From positions 1,472,001-1,536,000 of the forward strand of contig CAWCKJ010000004.1 of assembly GCA_963796105.1 (NCBI GenBank): a stretch of DNA of 64,000 nt. The letters are read 5' to 3'. Shown one piece after another: positions 39,528 to 49,311 of the stretch. Each line of letters begins with the position of its first letter. The first letter of the stretch is position 1. Under the pieces are notes generated by a model that was not told where the DNA came from, did not search any database, and saw only the letters and a list, made by a program, of their open reading frames with translations. This DNA comes from a candidate division FCPU426 bacterium. GTDB lineage: Bacteria > Oederibacteriota > Muellerivitia > Muellerivitales > Muellerivitaceae. Made by a program: the position numbers and the translations under genes.

Positions 39528-40766
39528 ATGAAAAAAACAAAAAAAACACGACATTCTTTCCCCGTGACGATGACCGCAGCTTACAAGCATTTCGGGATGA
39601 AAACAGATCCCTTCACAACCCTTTCCCTGCAAGCGCATAACCTTGAGTATTTCGTGGGCCGAAAGGAACTCATCGAGCGGCTGACGTCCAGTATGGGCTC
39701 CCTCTCGAACGTAGGGTTGGCGGGGGAACCCGGAGTCGGAAAAAGCAGCCTCCTGCAGATGCTCCGCGCCCGCCTTCCAAATGGTTTTTTATCCGTGAAC
39801 ATCGGCGTTCCAGTGGATGACGCCTCCTATTTTCTTTCCGAGCTCCTGCGGGAAATCCTCGCGACGTTTTCGAAAGTGCCGGGCTTGAAGCTGGGCGAAG
39901 TGGCCATGCGATTAGAAAAGGAGACTCTCAGCAAAAACACGATTTTTACCATCCTTAAGACCTTGATCGCGCACTTGAGGAAACCACTGGTGGTCTTCGT
40001 GGACGATCTTGAAAAACTAAAAGGGGACCGGGTCCGGCATTACACGCGCTCTGAAAGAACCCTCCAACTATTGGAGGAATTGAAGTCAGTCCTGGAACTG
40101 CCCCGGGTGGGGTTTGTCATAATCCTGCAGGAGGAGTTTTATTCCATATTGGGGCAGATCGTCAAGGATGGCGCCGAGCCCACCGTCCTGGGTCTTTTTA
40201 AAAACATCGTATTGGTGGAAAAATTCACCCGAGCCGAGCTCCAAGAGGCTTTAGATCTCCGCTTAAGGCGGGCGAGTTTTGGGGGCTCCATGGGGGAATT
40301 CCTGGAGCGGGAAGCCTTGTCCCTGGCCCTTTCCTTCTCATACGGCAATCCCCGCCGGTTTTTATATCTTCTTTCCGAGGGGATGTACCGGGCGTTCCGC
40401 AGGAAATCCCAGCGGGTGGATTTCCAGGATCTTTTCGACGCGGTCAATGAGCACCTGAAGCTGGATTTGACCTGCAAGAAACTGCTTTTTTTCCTGGCCA
40501 AATCCGGGCGGACGGCGGCCACCAACCACGATTTGCAAAGTTTCATGGGGCGGGACATGATCTCCATCGCCCGCAGGCTGGAAGCCCTCGCCAAAAGCCG
40601 GCTGGCTGAGATGGTTGACGTGGTGAATGGGGCCAAGGTTTACGCCCTGCCGGGGACCCAAATCGTAGCCGCCAAGGCAGTTGCTGAAAACAGGGACCCC
40701 ACCTTTCAATCCGAAGGCGGGGAGAAAGTCTACCTTTTGGACGGTGAAAACGCGTCAGGGAATTAA
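39528..40766 (+). CDS. P-loop AAA-like ATPase with C-terminal winged helix
   Basis: FVGRKEL, GEPGVGKS, VVFVDD and GNPRR motifs. Confidence 0.8.
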   Translation: MKKTKKTRHSFPVTMTAAYKHFGMKTDPFTTLSLQAHNLEYFVGRKELIERLTSSMGSLSNVGLAGEPGVGKSSLLQMLRARLPNGFLSVNIGVPVDDASYFLSELLREILATFSKVPGLKLGEVAMRLEKETLSKNTIFTILKTLIAHLRKPLVVFVDDLEKLKGDRVRHYTRSERTLQLLEELKSVLELPRVGFVIILQEEFYSILGQIVKDGAEPTVLGLFKNIVLVEKFTRAELQEALDLRLRRASFGGSMGEFLEREALSLALSFSYGNPRRFLYLLSEGMYRAFRRKSQRVDFQDLFDAVNEHLKLDLTCKKLLFFLAKSGRTAATNHDLQSFMGRDMISIARRLEALAKSRLAEMVDVVNGAKVYALPGTQIVAAKAVAENRDPTFQSEGGEKVYLLDGENASGN

Positions 40767-40769
40767 TCG

Positions 40770-41084
40770 ATGAAAGTTTACGTGGTTTTGATCACCACCC
40801 CCGACCGGAAGACGAGCGAAATAATCTCCAGGGGTTTGGTTGATCATAAACTGGCCGCCTGTGTCAACCGCGTTCCGGGCCTCGCGAGCCGTTATTGGTG
40901 GAAAGGGAAAGTGGAGACGGCCCGTGAGGAACTCCTGATCGCCAAGACTTCCTCGTCCCGCTGGAAATCCATCATGCTTTGGGTGAGGAAAAACCACCCC
41001 TACGGCGTTTGCGAAATACTGGCTTTGCCCGTGGCGGGGGGGAATCCGCCTTATTTGGAGTGGATCTTAAAAAGTTTGAAATAA
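40770..41084 (+). CDS. cutA: Divalent-cation tolerance protein CutA
   Basis: KLAACVN, SRYWWKGKVE and HPYGVCEI motifs. Confidence 0.92.
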   Translation: MKVYVVLITTPDRKTSEIISRGLVDHKLAACVNRVPGLASRYWWKGKVETAREELLIAKTSSSRWKSIMLWVRKNHPYGVCEILALPVAGGNPPYLEWILKSLK

Positions 41085-41110
41085 CAGCTTATAACCCAAA
41101 GGGATCTTTC

Positions 41111-42472
41111 ATGCCTTCGGTGGAAACTAACTCCCAGGCTTTCAATACGCTCATCCGGGTGAGAACCTTATGCCTTCTCGCGATGATGCTTCTGTTGTAT
41201 CTGGTGGAGGGGAAAAAGGACTCCGCCGCCATCGTGACGGCATGGGATCTCCTTTTCATCGCGACAGTCTTGAGCCTGGTATTCGGCGTCTTGGGACGCA
41301 TCAAACGGCTGACCGGCATTCTCATGCCGGTGGTTTACGCGGTTGACAGTCTCATGATTGGTTTTTGGATTTCCATTTCAGGGGGACCTGTCAGCTTTTA
41401 TATCCCGTTTTTTTTGCTTATCCTCGTGAGCGCCATCATGCTTCTGCCCCCCCGCAAGGCTATGGTCGTTATCCTGATGGTTTTCGTGTCATTGATCGCT
41501 GCTTTTTACCTGGATTTCAAATGGCATCTCGGCCGGGCCTTTGATGCCGGCGAAATCAATTTATTCTTTTCCATTATAGAAAAGGAACAGGCTCCTCAAC
41601 GCCTGCTTGTTTACAAGCAGCAGGCGGAGAGGTGGCTTTTTATTTTCCTGATGATGACCGGTCTGGGGGTTTTATTGATGCGTCAAGTCTGGGAACGGGA
41701 GGAGAAAATAAGGCTGAGGGAAAAGGCGTTGGAGCAAAAAAGGCACTTGATCCAAATGGGGGAATTGACGGGCAGGATCGCCCACGGAGTCAATACGCCT
41801 TTGGGCCTCATCTCCGGAAATTTGGAGCTCCTTTTGGCTGAAACCCGAAAGGACAACAAAATCCGGAAACAACTCGAGAAAATCGAGCAGTATGTCCAGC
41901 GCGCCATCGCGACGGTGAGGGATGTGCTGGACTTCAGCCGACAAAGCCTCTCGGAGGTCAAACCAGTCTCCCTCTCAAGAATTCTCCGGGCGGCGGTGGC
42001 GGCGGTCCAGCCAAGGTTGAAAAAGTCCGGCGGGAGGCTGATCCTGGATGTGGATGCCGACTTGCCCCTGCTCCAGGGCTATCCGGAGGGCATATTCCAG
42101 GTGATTCTCAACCTGCTCGAGAACGCGGTGGATTCCATTCCGCCCGGCGGGTTGATCACGATCTCGGCCCATTTTCAATATCAACAGGTCCGGCTGAGCG
42201 CGCAGGACCGAAGAGGCGAGATCAAAATCGAGGTGAGGGATACCGGAAAAGGGATTCCGTCGGGGGAGTTGAAGAGGATTTTCGAGCCGTTTTATTCCAC
42301 GAAGGGATTTGGAAGGGGAACGGGACTCGGCCTTGCCATTGTCAAACGCGTCGTTGAGGAGCACGAGGGGGAGATTAAAGTGGAAAGCCGCCTGGGGGAG
42401 GGAACGACTTTCATAATGCTTTTTCCAACCGAATTGAAAAAAACGGAAATCGCGGTGGAATTAGAGAATTAA
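41111..42472 (+). CDS. Membrane sensor histidine kinase
   Basis: Multiple TMs; AHGVNTPL H-box, NLLENA, DTGKGI, IFEPFYSTK and GTGLGL motifs. Confidence 0.92.
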   Translation: MPSVETNSQAFNTLIRVRTLCLLAMMLLLYLVEGKKDSAAIVTAWDLLFIATVLSLVFGVLGRIKRLTGILMPVVYAVDSLMIGFWISISGGPVSFYIPFFLLILVSAIMLLPPRKAMVVILMVFVSLIAAFYLDFKWHLGRAFDAGEINLFFSIIEKEQAPQRLLVYKQQAERWLFIFLMMTGLGVLLMRQVWEREEKIRLREKALEQKRHLIQMGELTGRIAHGVNTPLGLISGNLELLLAETRKDNKIRKQLEKIEQYVQRAIATVRDVLDFSRQSLSEVKPVSLSRILRAAVAAVQPRLKKSGGRLILDVDADLPLLQGYPEGIFQVILNLLENAVDSIPPGGLITISAHFQYQQVRLSAQDRRGEIKIEVRDTGKGIPSGELKRIFEPFYSTKGFGRGTGLGLAIVKRVVEEHEGEIKVESRLGEGTTFIMLFPTELKKTEIAVELEN

Positions 42473-42593
42473 CAACTCTTTCAGCTCTTGCCAGAGGGGG
42501 AATTCGCCATTTCCTCGAATCGGGATGATTAGTTAAGGTAAATAGGAATATAATTACAAAAGAAGGAAGTTTGACAGAAAGGGATTGCCTCAA

Positions 42594-43076
42594 ATGGGTC
42601 AGGAAAAGCCGAAAAAAAAGGGTGGATTGAAAAAAACCATTCGAAAATCCCCCGCCAAGGCCCATCTCCTGGTAGTGGACGATGAGGTAGATTTCGCCAA
42701 GTTGATCCAAAAAAGCCTGACGCAATCCGGTTACCGCGTGGATATCGCCACCAGCGCGACCCAAGCCATCGCGCTCCAGCGAAAACACTCCTATGACCTG
42801 GCGCTGGTGGACCTGCGGATGCCCGAGATGACCGGATTGGAATTACTCCAGTACCTTAAAGTCAGGGACAAGAAAATATTCGTCATTATCATGACCGCCT
42901 ACGGCTCCTTCTCCATTGGTTTCGAGGCCCTGAAAAAAGGGGCATGCGAGTACCTCGCTAAGCCTTTCAAGCTCAAGGCCATGAAGGATAAGGTCCAGGA
43001 GGCCCTTGTGAGAAGAGCCCATTTCCTGGAGGAACAAAGAGTCTTCCCCCATCGATTTTCAGCGGATGAATGGTGA
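42594..43076 (+). CDS. Single-domain response regulator
   Basis: LVVDDE, DLRMP, MTAY and KPF motifs; no output domain. Confidence 0.9.
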   Translation: MGQEKPKKKGGLKKTIRKSPAKAHLLVVDDEVDFAKLIQKSLTQSGYRVDIATSATQAIALQRKHSYDLALVDLRMPEMTGLELLQYLKVRDKKIFVIIMTAYGSFSIGFEALKKGACEYLAKPFKLKAMKDKVQEALVRRAHFLEEQRVFPHRFSADEW

Positions 43077-43157
43077 TTTTTTTTGAAAGACAGCGGTGTT
43101 GAGCGGAGTCATGGAAAAATTAGTATTCTAAATAGAATTTAGGAAGGGTCCCACAGG

Positions 43158-43802
43158 ATGTCCGACGACTTAAGAGTTGAGAAACGGCCCATTAAGGCAA
43201 AAACTTTCCAAGGTTTTCGCAAGATATACCATGTTTTGGCGTCCTCACTTTTTCCATTAGCCTATCTCTATCTGCCTTTTCACATGACCTCTACCGCGGC
43301 AAAGCAAACCTTGTTGATTGTGAGCGGCTTATTTTTCCTTGTTTCCTTTCTCCTGGATTTCTTCAGGCTGCAAGACAAGGAATTCAACTCCAAGTTTATG
43401 CGCTTTTTTTCAGCCTTGATCCGCCATTCCGAGGAAAACAGATTCAATGGATCCACTTATCTTCTTCTGGCCTTTTTTCTGGTTATTTTTTTTTCCTCCC
43501 GAATGGTTGCCATTGCCGCGATGCTTTTTCTATCGCTTGGGGACGCGGCGGCGGAATTGGGGGGGAAGCATTTCGGACGGATGAGAATTTTTCATAAATC
43601 CTGGGAAGGGGCGTTTTTCTTTTTTGCCGTGGCTTTCTTAACCGCCTTCGCCATTTTTCAGGATTGGAGAGTCGCCGTCTTGGGAGCGGTCGCGAGCGCC
43701 TTTTTGGAATTGTTTTCCTTTGAGATTGACGACAACTTGACAGTTCCTATCGGCTCGGCTTTGGTTCTCTCCTTGGCTCTATTCTTTTTTCATTTGGTCT
43801 AA
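43158..43802 (+). CDS. Phytol/dolichol kinase-like membrane protein
   Basis: RKIYH, GDAAAELGG, KSWEG and DDNLTVP motifs. Confidence 0.85.
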   Translation: MSDDLRVEKRPIKAKTFQGFRKIYHVLASSLFPLAYLYLPFHMTSTAAKQTLLIVSGLFFLVSFLLDFFRLQDKEFNSKFMRFFSALIRHSEENRFNGSTYLLLAFFLVIFFSSRMVAIAAMLFLSLGDAAAELGGKHFGRMRIFHKSWEGAFFFFAVAFLTAFAIFQDWRVAVLGAVASAFLELFSFEIDDNLTVPIGSALVLSLALFFFHLV

Positions 43803-43935
43803 AATCAGAAGGGAACATCAATCAGAAGTTGCTGTTTATATAAGATTTAACGTTAAAAACTGAACATTTAAGCCAGAAAAATGCCAATATTTATCGGGCC
43901 GATTCCTGCCACTTTAAGATTTCCTTTCAAAAAGC

Positions 43936-44921
43936 TATGCTTATGCACAAAGTGACCGTGCTGTAATGGGTTTTGCTAAGGCACATGCGGTCAAAGCACG
44001 GTGAAATAAGGAATCGGGATCATGACGACGGTTGAACCGATAGGCATATTCACTTAGATACCGGCCTAAATACTTAGCATCAACGCCATGATGAGTTCCA
44101 ATGATCCAGGCCTTGGCGTTGGAAATGAACCGGTGTACCCAGGGCAACCAACTTTCCAACTCTTTCGGGTCATTGGCCATCACCCGGTAGTCTGCCTCCA
44201 CTCCTTTGAGTTCACGCAAGGCTGGCGAAGCATCTGTGTTGAGGAAAGAGCCTTTTTCCATAGTCTGATTCACGAATTCCTGGCTCTCCCACTTGGTTTC
44301 CATAGCTACCTTCACCTTGGCAAAACCCGCTTTTTCCTTCTTGCAACCATTCTCATCCACCCATTCCTTGCTTTCCACCGCCACCAAGACTTCCACTTGG
44401 TTTTCCTTGGCCTTTTTCCCAAAAACCGCCCCATCCAACTCAATGACGCCCTTTAGAGTATAGCTTTCGTCCTTTTGCCTAAGACCTTCCCGGATCTTAT
44501 GCAATAGAAGCCATGCCGAATGATCCGAAAGATTTAAATGCCGCTTCAGTTCCAGGGCCGAAATACCCCGTTTGCCCTGCATCATCAAACTGATGGCCCT
44601 GACCCAGGTTAAAAGAGGCAGCTTGGAGCTTTCAAAAATCGTCCCGGCGCGAAGCCGAAGACGTTTCCGGCAATAGTCACATTCCCTCACTTCAGGCTTG
44701 GCCTGGTGTTGCCAGAAGCTTTCGCCCTCACATTGGGGACAAACAAAGTCTTTCCCGCCGAAACGGCATCTCCACACCCATTGGCGGGCTTCTTCTTCCG
44801 TGTGGATTTTCCTCAGAATTTTAATGCTTTTCATCCGCTGGTAGCTCATGTACCACCTCCCGTAGCGGACAGTATACCTATGTATTCCTTTATTTCAAGG
44901 GTCACTTAATACAGAAGCATG
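43936..44921 (-). mobile_element. IS1595-family insertion sequence (copy 2, diverged)
   Basis: IRs ATGCTTATGCACAAAGTGACC and reverse complement ATGCTTCTGTATTAAGTGACC; 8-bp direct repeat CAAAAAGC at 43928-43935 and 44922-44929. Confidence 0.88.
43941..44849 (-). CDS. IS1595-family transposase
   Basis: Homologous throughout to the transposase at 22651-23562. Confidence 0.9.
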   Translation of the reverse strand: MSYQRMKSIKILRKIHTEEEARQWVWRCRFGGKDFVCPQCEGESFWQHQAKPEVRECDYCRKRLRLRAGTIFESSKLPLLTWVRAISLMMQGKRGISALELKRHLNLSDHSAWLLLHKIREGLRQKDESYTLKGVIELDGAVFGKKAKENQVEVLVAVESKEWVDENGCKKEKAGFAKVKVAMETKWESQEFVNQTMEKGSFLNTDASPALRELKGVEADYRVMANDPKELESWLPWVHRFISNAKAWIIGTHHGVDAKYLGRYLSEYAYRFNRRHDPDSLFHRALTACALAKPITARSLCA

Positions 44922-45224
44922 CAAAAAGCAATAAACAAAGCATTAATTTAGATTTCTGCAGCAGGGGACCTCAAAGGTTCTTTCTTAAAAAAATCACCTC
45001 AAAAAGACCTTTTTTCCCGCATTTGGGCCACTATTTTTTTGCAATAAAAACGAGTCAGCCCCGTCTAGAAAGTAGAAGTGGATATTTAAAGTGGTTTTAT
45101 TTAGATGGCATGGTTGATGCTTAAAAACAGAAGTAAGGTTGCCCGCTTGCAAGCGATCTACCAGAAGATGAGCTGAAGTGGGGGATTGCACGACACCTAC
45201 GGACGCCAGAAAGCGAGGGCAGTC

Positions 45225-45383
45225 ATGGATCAAAATTGCGAGAAAATCAAAAGGATGCTGGACCTTTACCGCGAGGGGAAACTGTCGGAAGCAGAAAAGG
45301 CTGATGTGGAATATCACTTGTTATATTGTCCCGAGTGCGTATTCCTTTTGACTCTGGTTCCGTCATTATGCCTGGACCGTTAA
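45225..45383 (+). CDS. Stand-alone zf-HC2 (anti-sigma-type zinc finger) protein
   Basis: C...HLLYCPEC motif; GAGG RBS; 52 aa. Confidence 0.7.
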   Translation: MDQNCEKIKRMLDLYREGKLSEAEKADVEYHLLYCPECVFLLTLVPSLCLDR

Positions 45384-45412
45384 TCAACCGGTAAAACAAC
45401 CGAAAGCTTGAC

Positions 45413-45442
45413 GCCCGCCCTGCCCGGCGGGCTTTTTTGTTT
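45413..45442 (+). terminator. Intrinsic terminator
   Basis: GCCCGCC-CTGCCC-GGCGGGC-TTTTTT. Confidence 0.8.
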
Positions 45443-45636
45443 AAAACCTTTCCTGGCTGCAACCCATAAGGCCAACTCTTGACAATCACCTGATAAAATA
45501 GGCAAGATGCGGTTAAATTAATAAAGTCCTATTGGGTTTTCTGCGCCTAAAAGCGCGGAAAGCTCTTTTCGTGTTTAGCGAGATGTTAAAAAAATGGCTG
45601 TAGCGCTATTTATTTTCTTGGAGTGATTTTATAACC

Positions 45637-48600
45637 ATGACTATTGCCGAGGAACACGGAAAGCCAGCATCCCTTAGCCCGTTTTTAATAGAAAATATCA
45701 ACTGGCCTTCGGCGGATAGGGTCCTGGAAGCTTTGAGAAAGCGAAAACCAGGAACATTCATTCACGGGGTTTCTGGATCCGCCAAGGCTTTCCTGATTTC
45801 CTGGCTTTTCCAAAAACTTAAGGAAGAGCATCCATGGTTGATTTTAACCCCCAGCCAAGAGGATGCCGTAATGCTTTATGGGGATCTCTCTACTTTAACG
45901 CCATCCACACCCATCTTCCTCTGTCCTTCCTGGGAAACCCTTCCGGGTGACCCTGAAACCCCTGACCCGGAGCTTATCGGCGACCGGCAGAGAGCTTTTT
46001 ATCAGCTGATGCAAGGCGGTTCCTTCATCGTGGTGGCGTCGCTTATCGGCGCGCTCCAGCACACCCTTCCGGCGGAGGAATGGCTGGACCAAGTCTTGGT
46101 TTTAAGGAAAGGCCAAGACGCCCCGTTGGATCTCAAGGATCGTTTGGTAGCCCTGGGTTATGAGCCGGTCAACCAGGTCGTCCAATTGGGGCAGTTCGCC
46201 ATGCGGGGAGGGATCCTGGATATCGCCTCGCCCGGTTCACCATCGGGTCCGGTCCGGCTTGAGTTTTTCGGCGAGACCCTGGATTCGGTAAGGTCTTTAA
46301 ACCTATTCAGCCAGCGTTCAGGCGGGGACCTATCCGAAATCCTGATATTTCCCGCTCATGAGGTGGTTTTAAGCCCCAAGACCCAGCAAAATTTAAAAGC
46401 GGTCTTGCGGTCCAAGGCGAAAGACGAGAACGGTGTTCCTTCCCATAACGCGGAAACTGCCTTGGAACTTCTGGGACAAACCCGCCAATTTCCCGGCTGG
46501 GAATGGCAAACGATCGGGGCGCTCGCCAAGCGGCAATGCCTCCTGGATTACATCCCGGAAGGAACAAGGATATTGATCGAGGAACCCATGGCGGTGGAAC
46601 GAAAGTTTTCCGACCTCCAAGACAAACTCATGGAATGCGGCAAGAGGGCCTTGGAGGAAAAGTTCGACTTATTCGACACTTCAACATTTTTCTCCGACTT
46701 GAGCTTTCTCAATAAATCCCTCAAAAAGGGAATGGCGGCGGGCTTGGGACAGATCCGGCAGGAGTTTCTGGGGGATGCGCCGGAGGAATCCCTGGCGGTG
46801 GAAACCCGGACCCTGCCCCCTTACAACGGCAAATTTCCTACCTTTGCCTCGGATTTGAAAAAATGGCTGGCCTCCGGGACCCACGCCGTCCTCTGGTGCC
46901 ACAACAAGGGGGAAAGGGAAAGGTTTTCGGAGCTTCTCCGGGAGCAATCCATCGAGACGAAAGAGAACCCCAAATTGTCCCTTCTGTTAGGCGAGGTGGA
47001 ACAGGGTTTCGCCATAGACGAGATCGGCTTGGCGGCGCTTCCGGATCATGTGGTCTTCCGGCGCTACCGGGGAAACCGCCGCAGGACGAGGGTGAGGGCT
47101 GTCGCGGGCGGGAAGCCCCTGGCCTCCTTGAACGAATTGTCCGTGGGCGATTGGACCGTTCACGTGGACTGCGGGATCTGTTTTTACCGGGGTTTGACGC
47201 CCCTGACGATCGATGGCGTAACGCGTGAATACATCCAATTGGAGTTCGCGGACAACGAGAAGATTTACCTTCCCACGGACCAGATCGGCCTGATCCAGCG
47301 GTATATCGGAAGCGAGGGCTCGCCCGCCTTGTCCAAGCTGGGAGGGGAGCAATGGAGCAGGGTGAAGGCCAGGGTCCGCCAGGAAATCGAGGCCGTGGCC
47401 CGGGAGTTGATGGCCCTGTACTCCACCCGGCAGGTCCTGCGCAAGAAGCCTTTTTCCTCCGACGCGCCCTGGCAAATGGAGTTCGAGGATTCCTTCATCT
47501 ATGAGTTGACCCCCGGACAGCACCAGGCCATCCAGGACGTCAAGCGCGACATGCAGTCCGAGCAGGTCATGGACCGGCTGGTGTGCGGGGACGTGGGATA
47601 CGGCAAAACCGAGGTGGCCATGAGGGCGGCTTTCAAGGCGGTCCTGGACAAGCGGCAGGTGGCGGTCTTGGTTCCCACCACCATCCTGGCCCAACAGCAT
47701 TACCACACGTTCAAGGAGCGGATGGCCGAGTACCCGGTGGAAATCCACATGCTTTCCCGTTTCAGGAGCAAGTCCGAGATCGAGAGAACCCTGGAACTTC
47801 TTCGCGAGGGAAAGGTGGATATCCTCATCGGCACGCATAAATTAATCATGAAAGACGTCCGTTTTTCCAACCTGGGGCTTTTGATCATCGACGAGGAACA
47901 CCGGTTTGGGGTCTCCCAAAAGGAGCGCCTGAAGTCGTTGAAGCGCGATGTGGATGTGCTGACGCTTACCGCCACCCCCATTCCCAGGACCCTCCACATG
48001 TCCCTCTCGGGAATCCGTGAGATTTCCATCATCGACACCCCGCCGCAAAACAGGCTTTCTGTCTTGACGCAGGTGGCTCCCATGGACGACCGCCTTGTGG
48101 CCGAAGCTGTCCGGAGGGAGCTCAACCGGGAGGGGCAGGTGTTTTACGTGCACAACCATGTCAAGGACATCGACCGGATCGCGGACAGCCTGCAAAAAAC
48201 CGTGCCGGAGGCGCGGCTGGCGGTGGCCCACGGTCAGCTGGCCAAGCACGAGCTGGAATCCGTTATGATCGATTTCGTGGACAAGGAATATGACGTTTTG
48301 GTGTGCACTTCCATCATCGAATCGGGGCTGGACATGCCTAACGTGAACACCCTCATCGTGGAGCGCGCGGACCATTTCGGGCTGGCCCAAATGTACCAGC
48401 TCAAGGGGAGGGTGGGGCGCACCGACCGCCAAGCCTACGCGTATTTTTTCTATCCCCGCTACATCACCCTGAGGGAATTGGCCCAAAAAAGACTGGAAGT
48501 GCTCCAGCAGTTTTCCACATTGGGCTCGGGCCTCCATATCGCCATGAAGGACATGGAAATCCGGGGGGCGGGGAACGTTTTGGGAACCCAGCAACACGGG

Positions 48601-49143
48601 AACATGGACTCCATCGGGTTTGACTTGTACAGCCGGATGCTAGGCCGGGAAATGGCCCGCATGAAGGGGCAGGAAGCCGAGGAGGATTTCGTTCCGGCGT
48701 TATCCCTGGGGGTGAGCGCTTATTTCCCGAAGGAGTACATCTCGGAAGAAGCGGCTAAAATCGACTTTTACCGCCGCTTGGCGGAAATGAGCGAGGAGAA
48801 GGAAGTCACGGAGATCGGGGCCGAGTTGGAGGACCGATTCGGCCCATTGCCTGCGGAGGCAAGGATGCTTCTCACCATCGCTTCCTTCCGCCCCAGGGTC
48901 AAACGCATGGGAATCCAGCGGTTGGAAGCCCTGGAGGGCTGGGTCAGCCTTCAGTGGCGCGAGGACCGGGCGCCGTCCCAGGAACGGGTGGATAAATGGT
49001 TCAAGACCTGGCCCCCTTCCCGCATCCGGTTCTCCTCCAAAGAGCCCCATTCGGTTTCCTTCCGTGTGATGAAAGGGGATGAGGACCAGGAAGCCCGGCT
49101 TCTGGCGGTGGATAAATTATTGAAGAACCTGGGTGGAGAATAG
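45637..49143 (+). CDS. mfd: Transcription-repair coupling factor
   Basis: UvrB-like N-terminus, CarD-like domain, GDVGYGKTEVA, DEEHRFG, TATPIPRT and TRCF C-domain. Confidence 0.96.
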   Translation: MTIAEEHGKPASLSPFLIENINWPSADRVLEALRKRKPGTFIHGVSGSAKAFLISWLFQKLKEEHPWLILTPSQEDAVMLYGDLSTLTPSTPIFLCPSWETLPGDPETPDPELIGDRQRAFYQLMQGGSFIVVASLIGALQHTLPAEEWLDQVLVLRKGQDAPLDLKDRLVALGYEPVNQVVQLGQFAMRGGILDIASPGSPSGPVRLEFFGETLDSVRSLNLFSQRSGGDLSEILIFPAHEVVLSPKTQQNLKAVLRSKAKDENGVPSHNAETALELLGQTRQFPGWEWQTIGALAKRQCLLDYIPEGTRILIEEPMAVERKFSDLQDKLMECGKRALEEKFDLFDTSTFFSDLSFLNKSLKKGMAAGLGQIRQEFLGDAPEESLAVETRTLPPYNGKFPTFASDLKKWLASGTHAVLWCHNKGERERFSELLREQSIETKENPKLSLLLGEVEQGFAIDEIGLAALPDHVVFRRYRGNRRRTRVRAVAGGKPLASLNELSVGDWTVHVDCGICFYRGLTPLTIDGVTREYIQLEFADNEKIYLPTDQIGLIQRYIGSEGSPALSKLGGEQWSRVKARVRQEIEAVARELMALYSTRQVLRKKPFSSDAPWQMEFEDSFIYELTPGQHQAIQDVKRDMQSEQVMDRLVCGDVGYGKTEVAMRAAFKAVLDKRQVAVLVPTTILAQQHYHTFKERMAEYPVEIHMLSRFRSKSEIERTLELLREGKVDILIGTHKLIMKDVRFSNLGLLIIDEEHRFGVSQKERLKSLKRDVDVLTLTATPIPRTLHMSLSGIREISIIDTPPQNRLSVLTQVAPMDDRLVAEAVRRELNREGQVFYVHNHVKDIDRIADSLQKTVPEARLAVAHGQLAKHELESVMIDFVDKEYDVLVCTSIIESGLDMPNVNTLIVERADHFGLAQMYQLKGRVGRTDRQAYAYFFYPRYITLRELAQKRLEVLQQFSTLGSGLHIAMKDMEIRGAGNVLGTQQHGNMDSIGFDLYSRMLGREMARMKGQEAEEDFVPALSLGVSAYFPKEYISEEAAKIDFYRRLAEMSEEKEVTEIGAELEDRFGPLPAEARMLLTIASFRPRVKRMGIQRLEALEGWVSLQWREDRAPSQERVDKWFKTWPPSRIRFSSKEPHSVSFRVMKGDEDQEARLLAVDKLLKNLGGE

Positions 49144-49311
49144 AATTAGTAAAGATCTATCGGCTAAATGGACTTTTTGGTTCGAACGAACCAGGCAAAT
49201 ATCTCTGCAAAAATCCCCCAAAAGCATTAAATCTTTTATCGTTCAGCCTGATTTGATAACCTAATTCAAATAGTAGCCCCCAAAAATTTTTCCTATAAAG
49301 GCTGGCTAGTA

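Noticed and set aside
45100..45224. Known riboswitch upstream of the zf-HC2 gene
   Set aside because: No conserved core of c-di-GMP, c-di-AMP, SAM, TPP or cobalamin classes was recognised; kept only as a generic leader.
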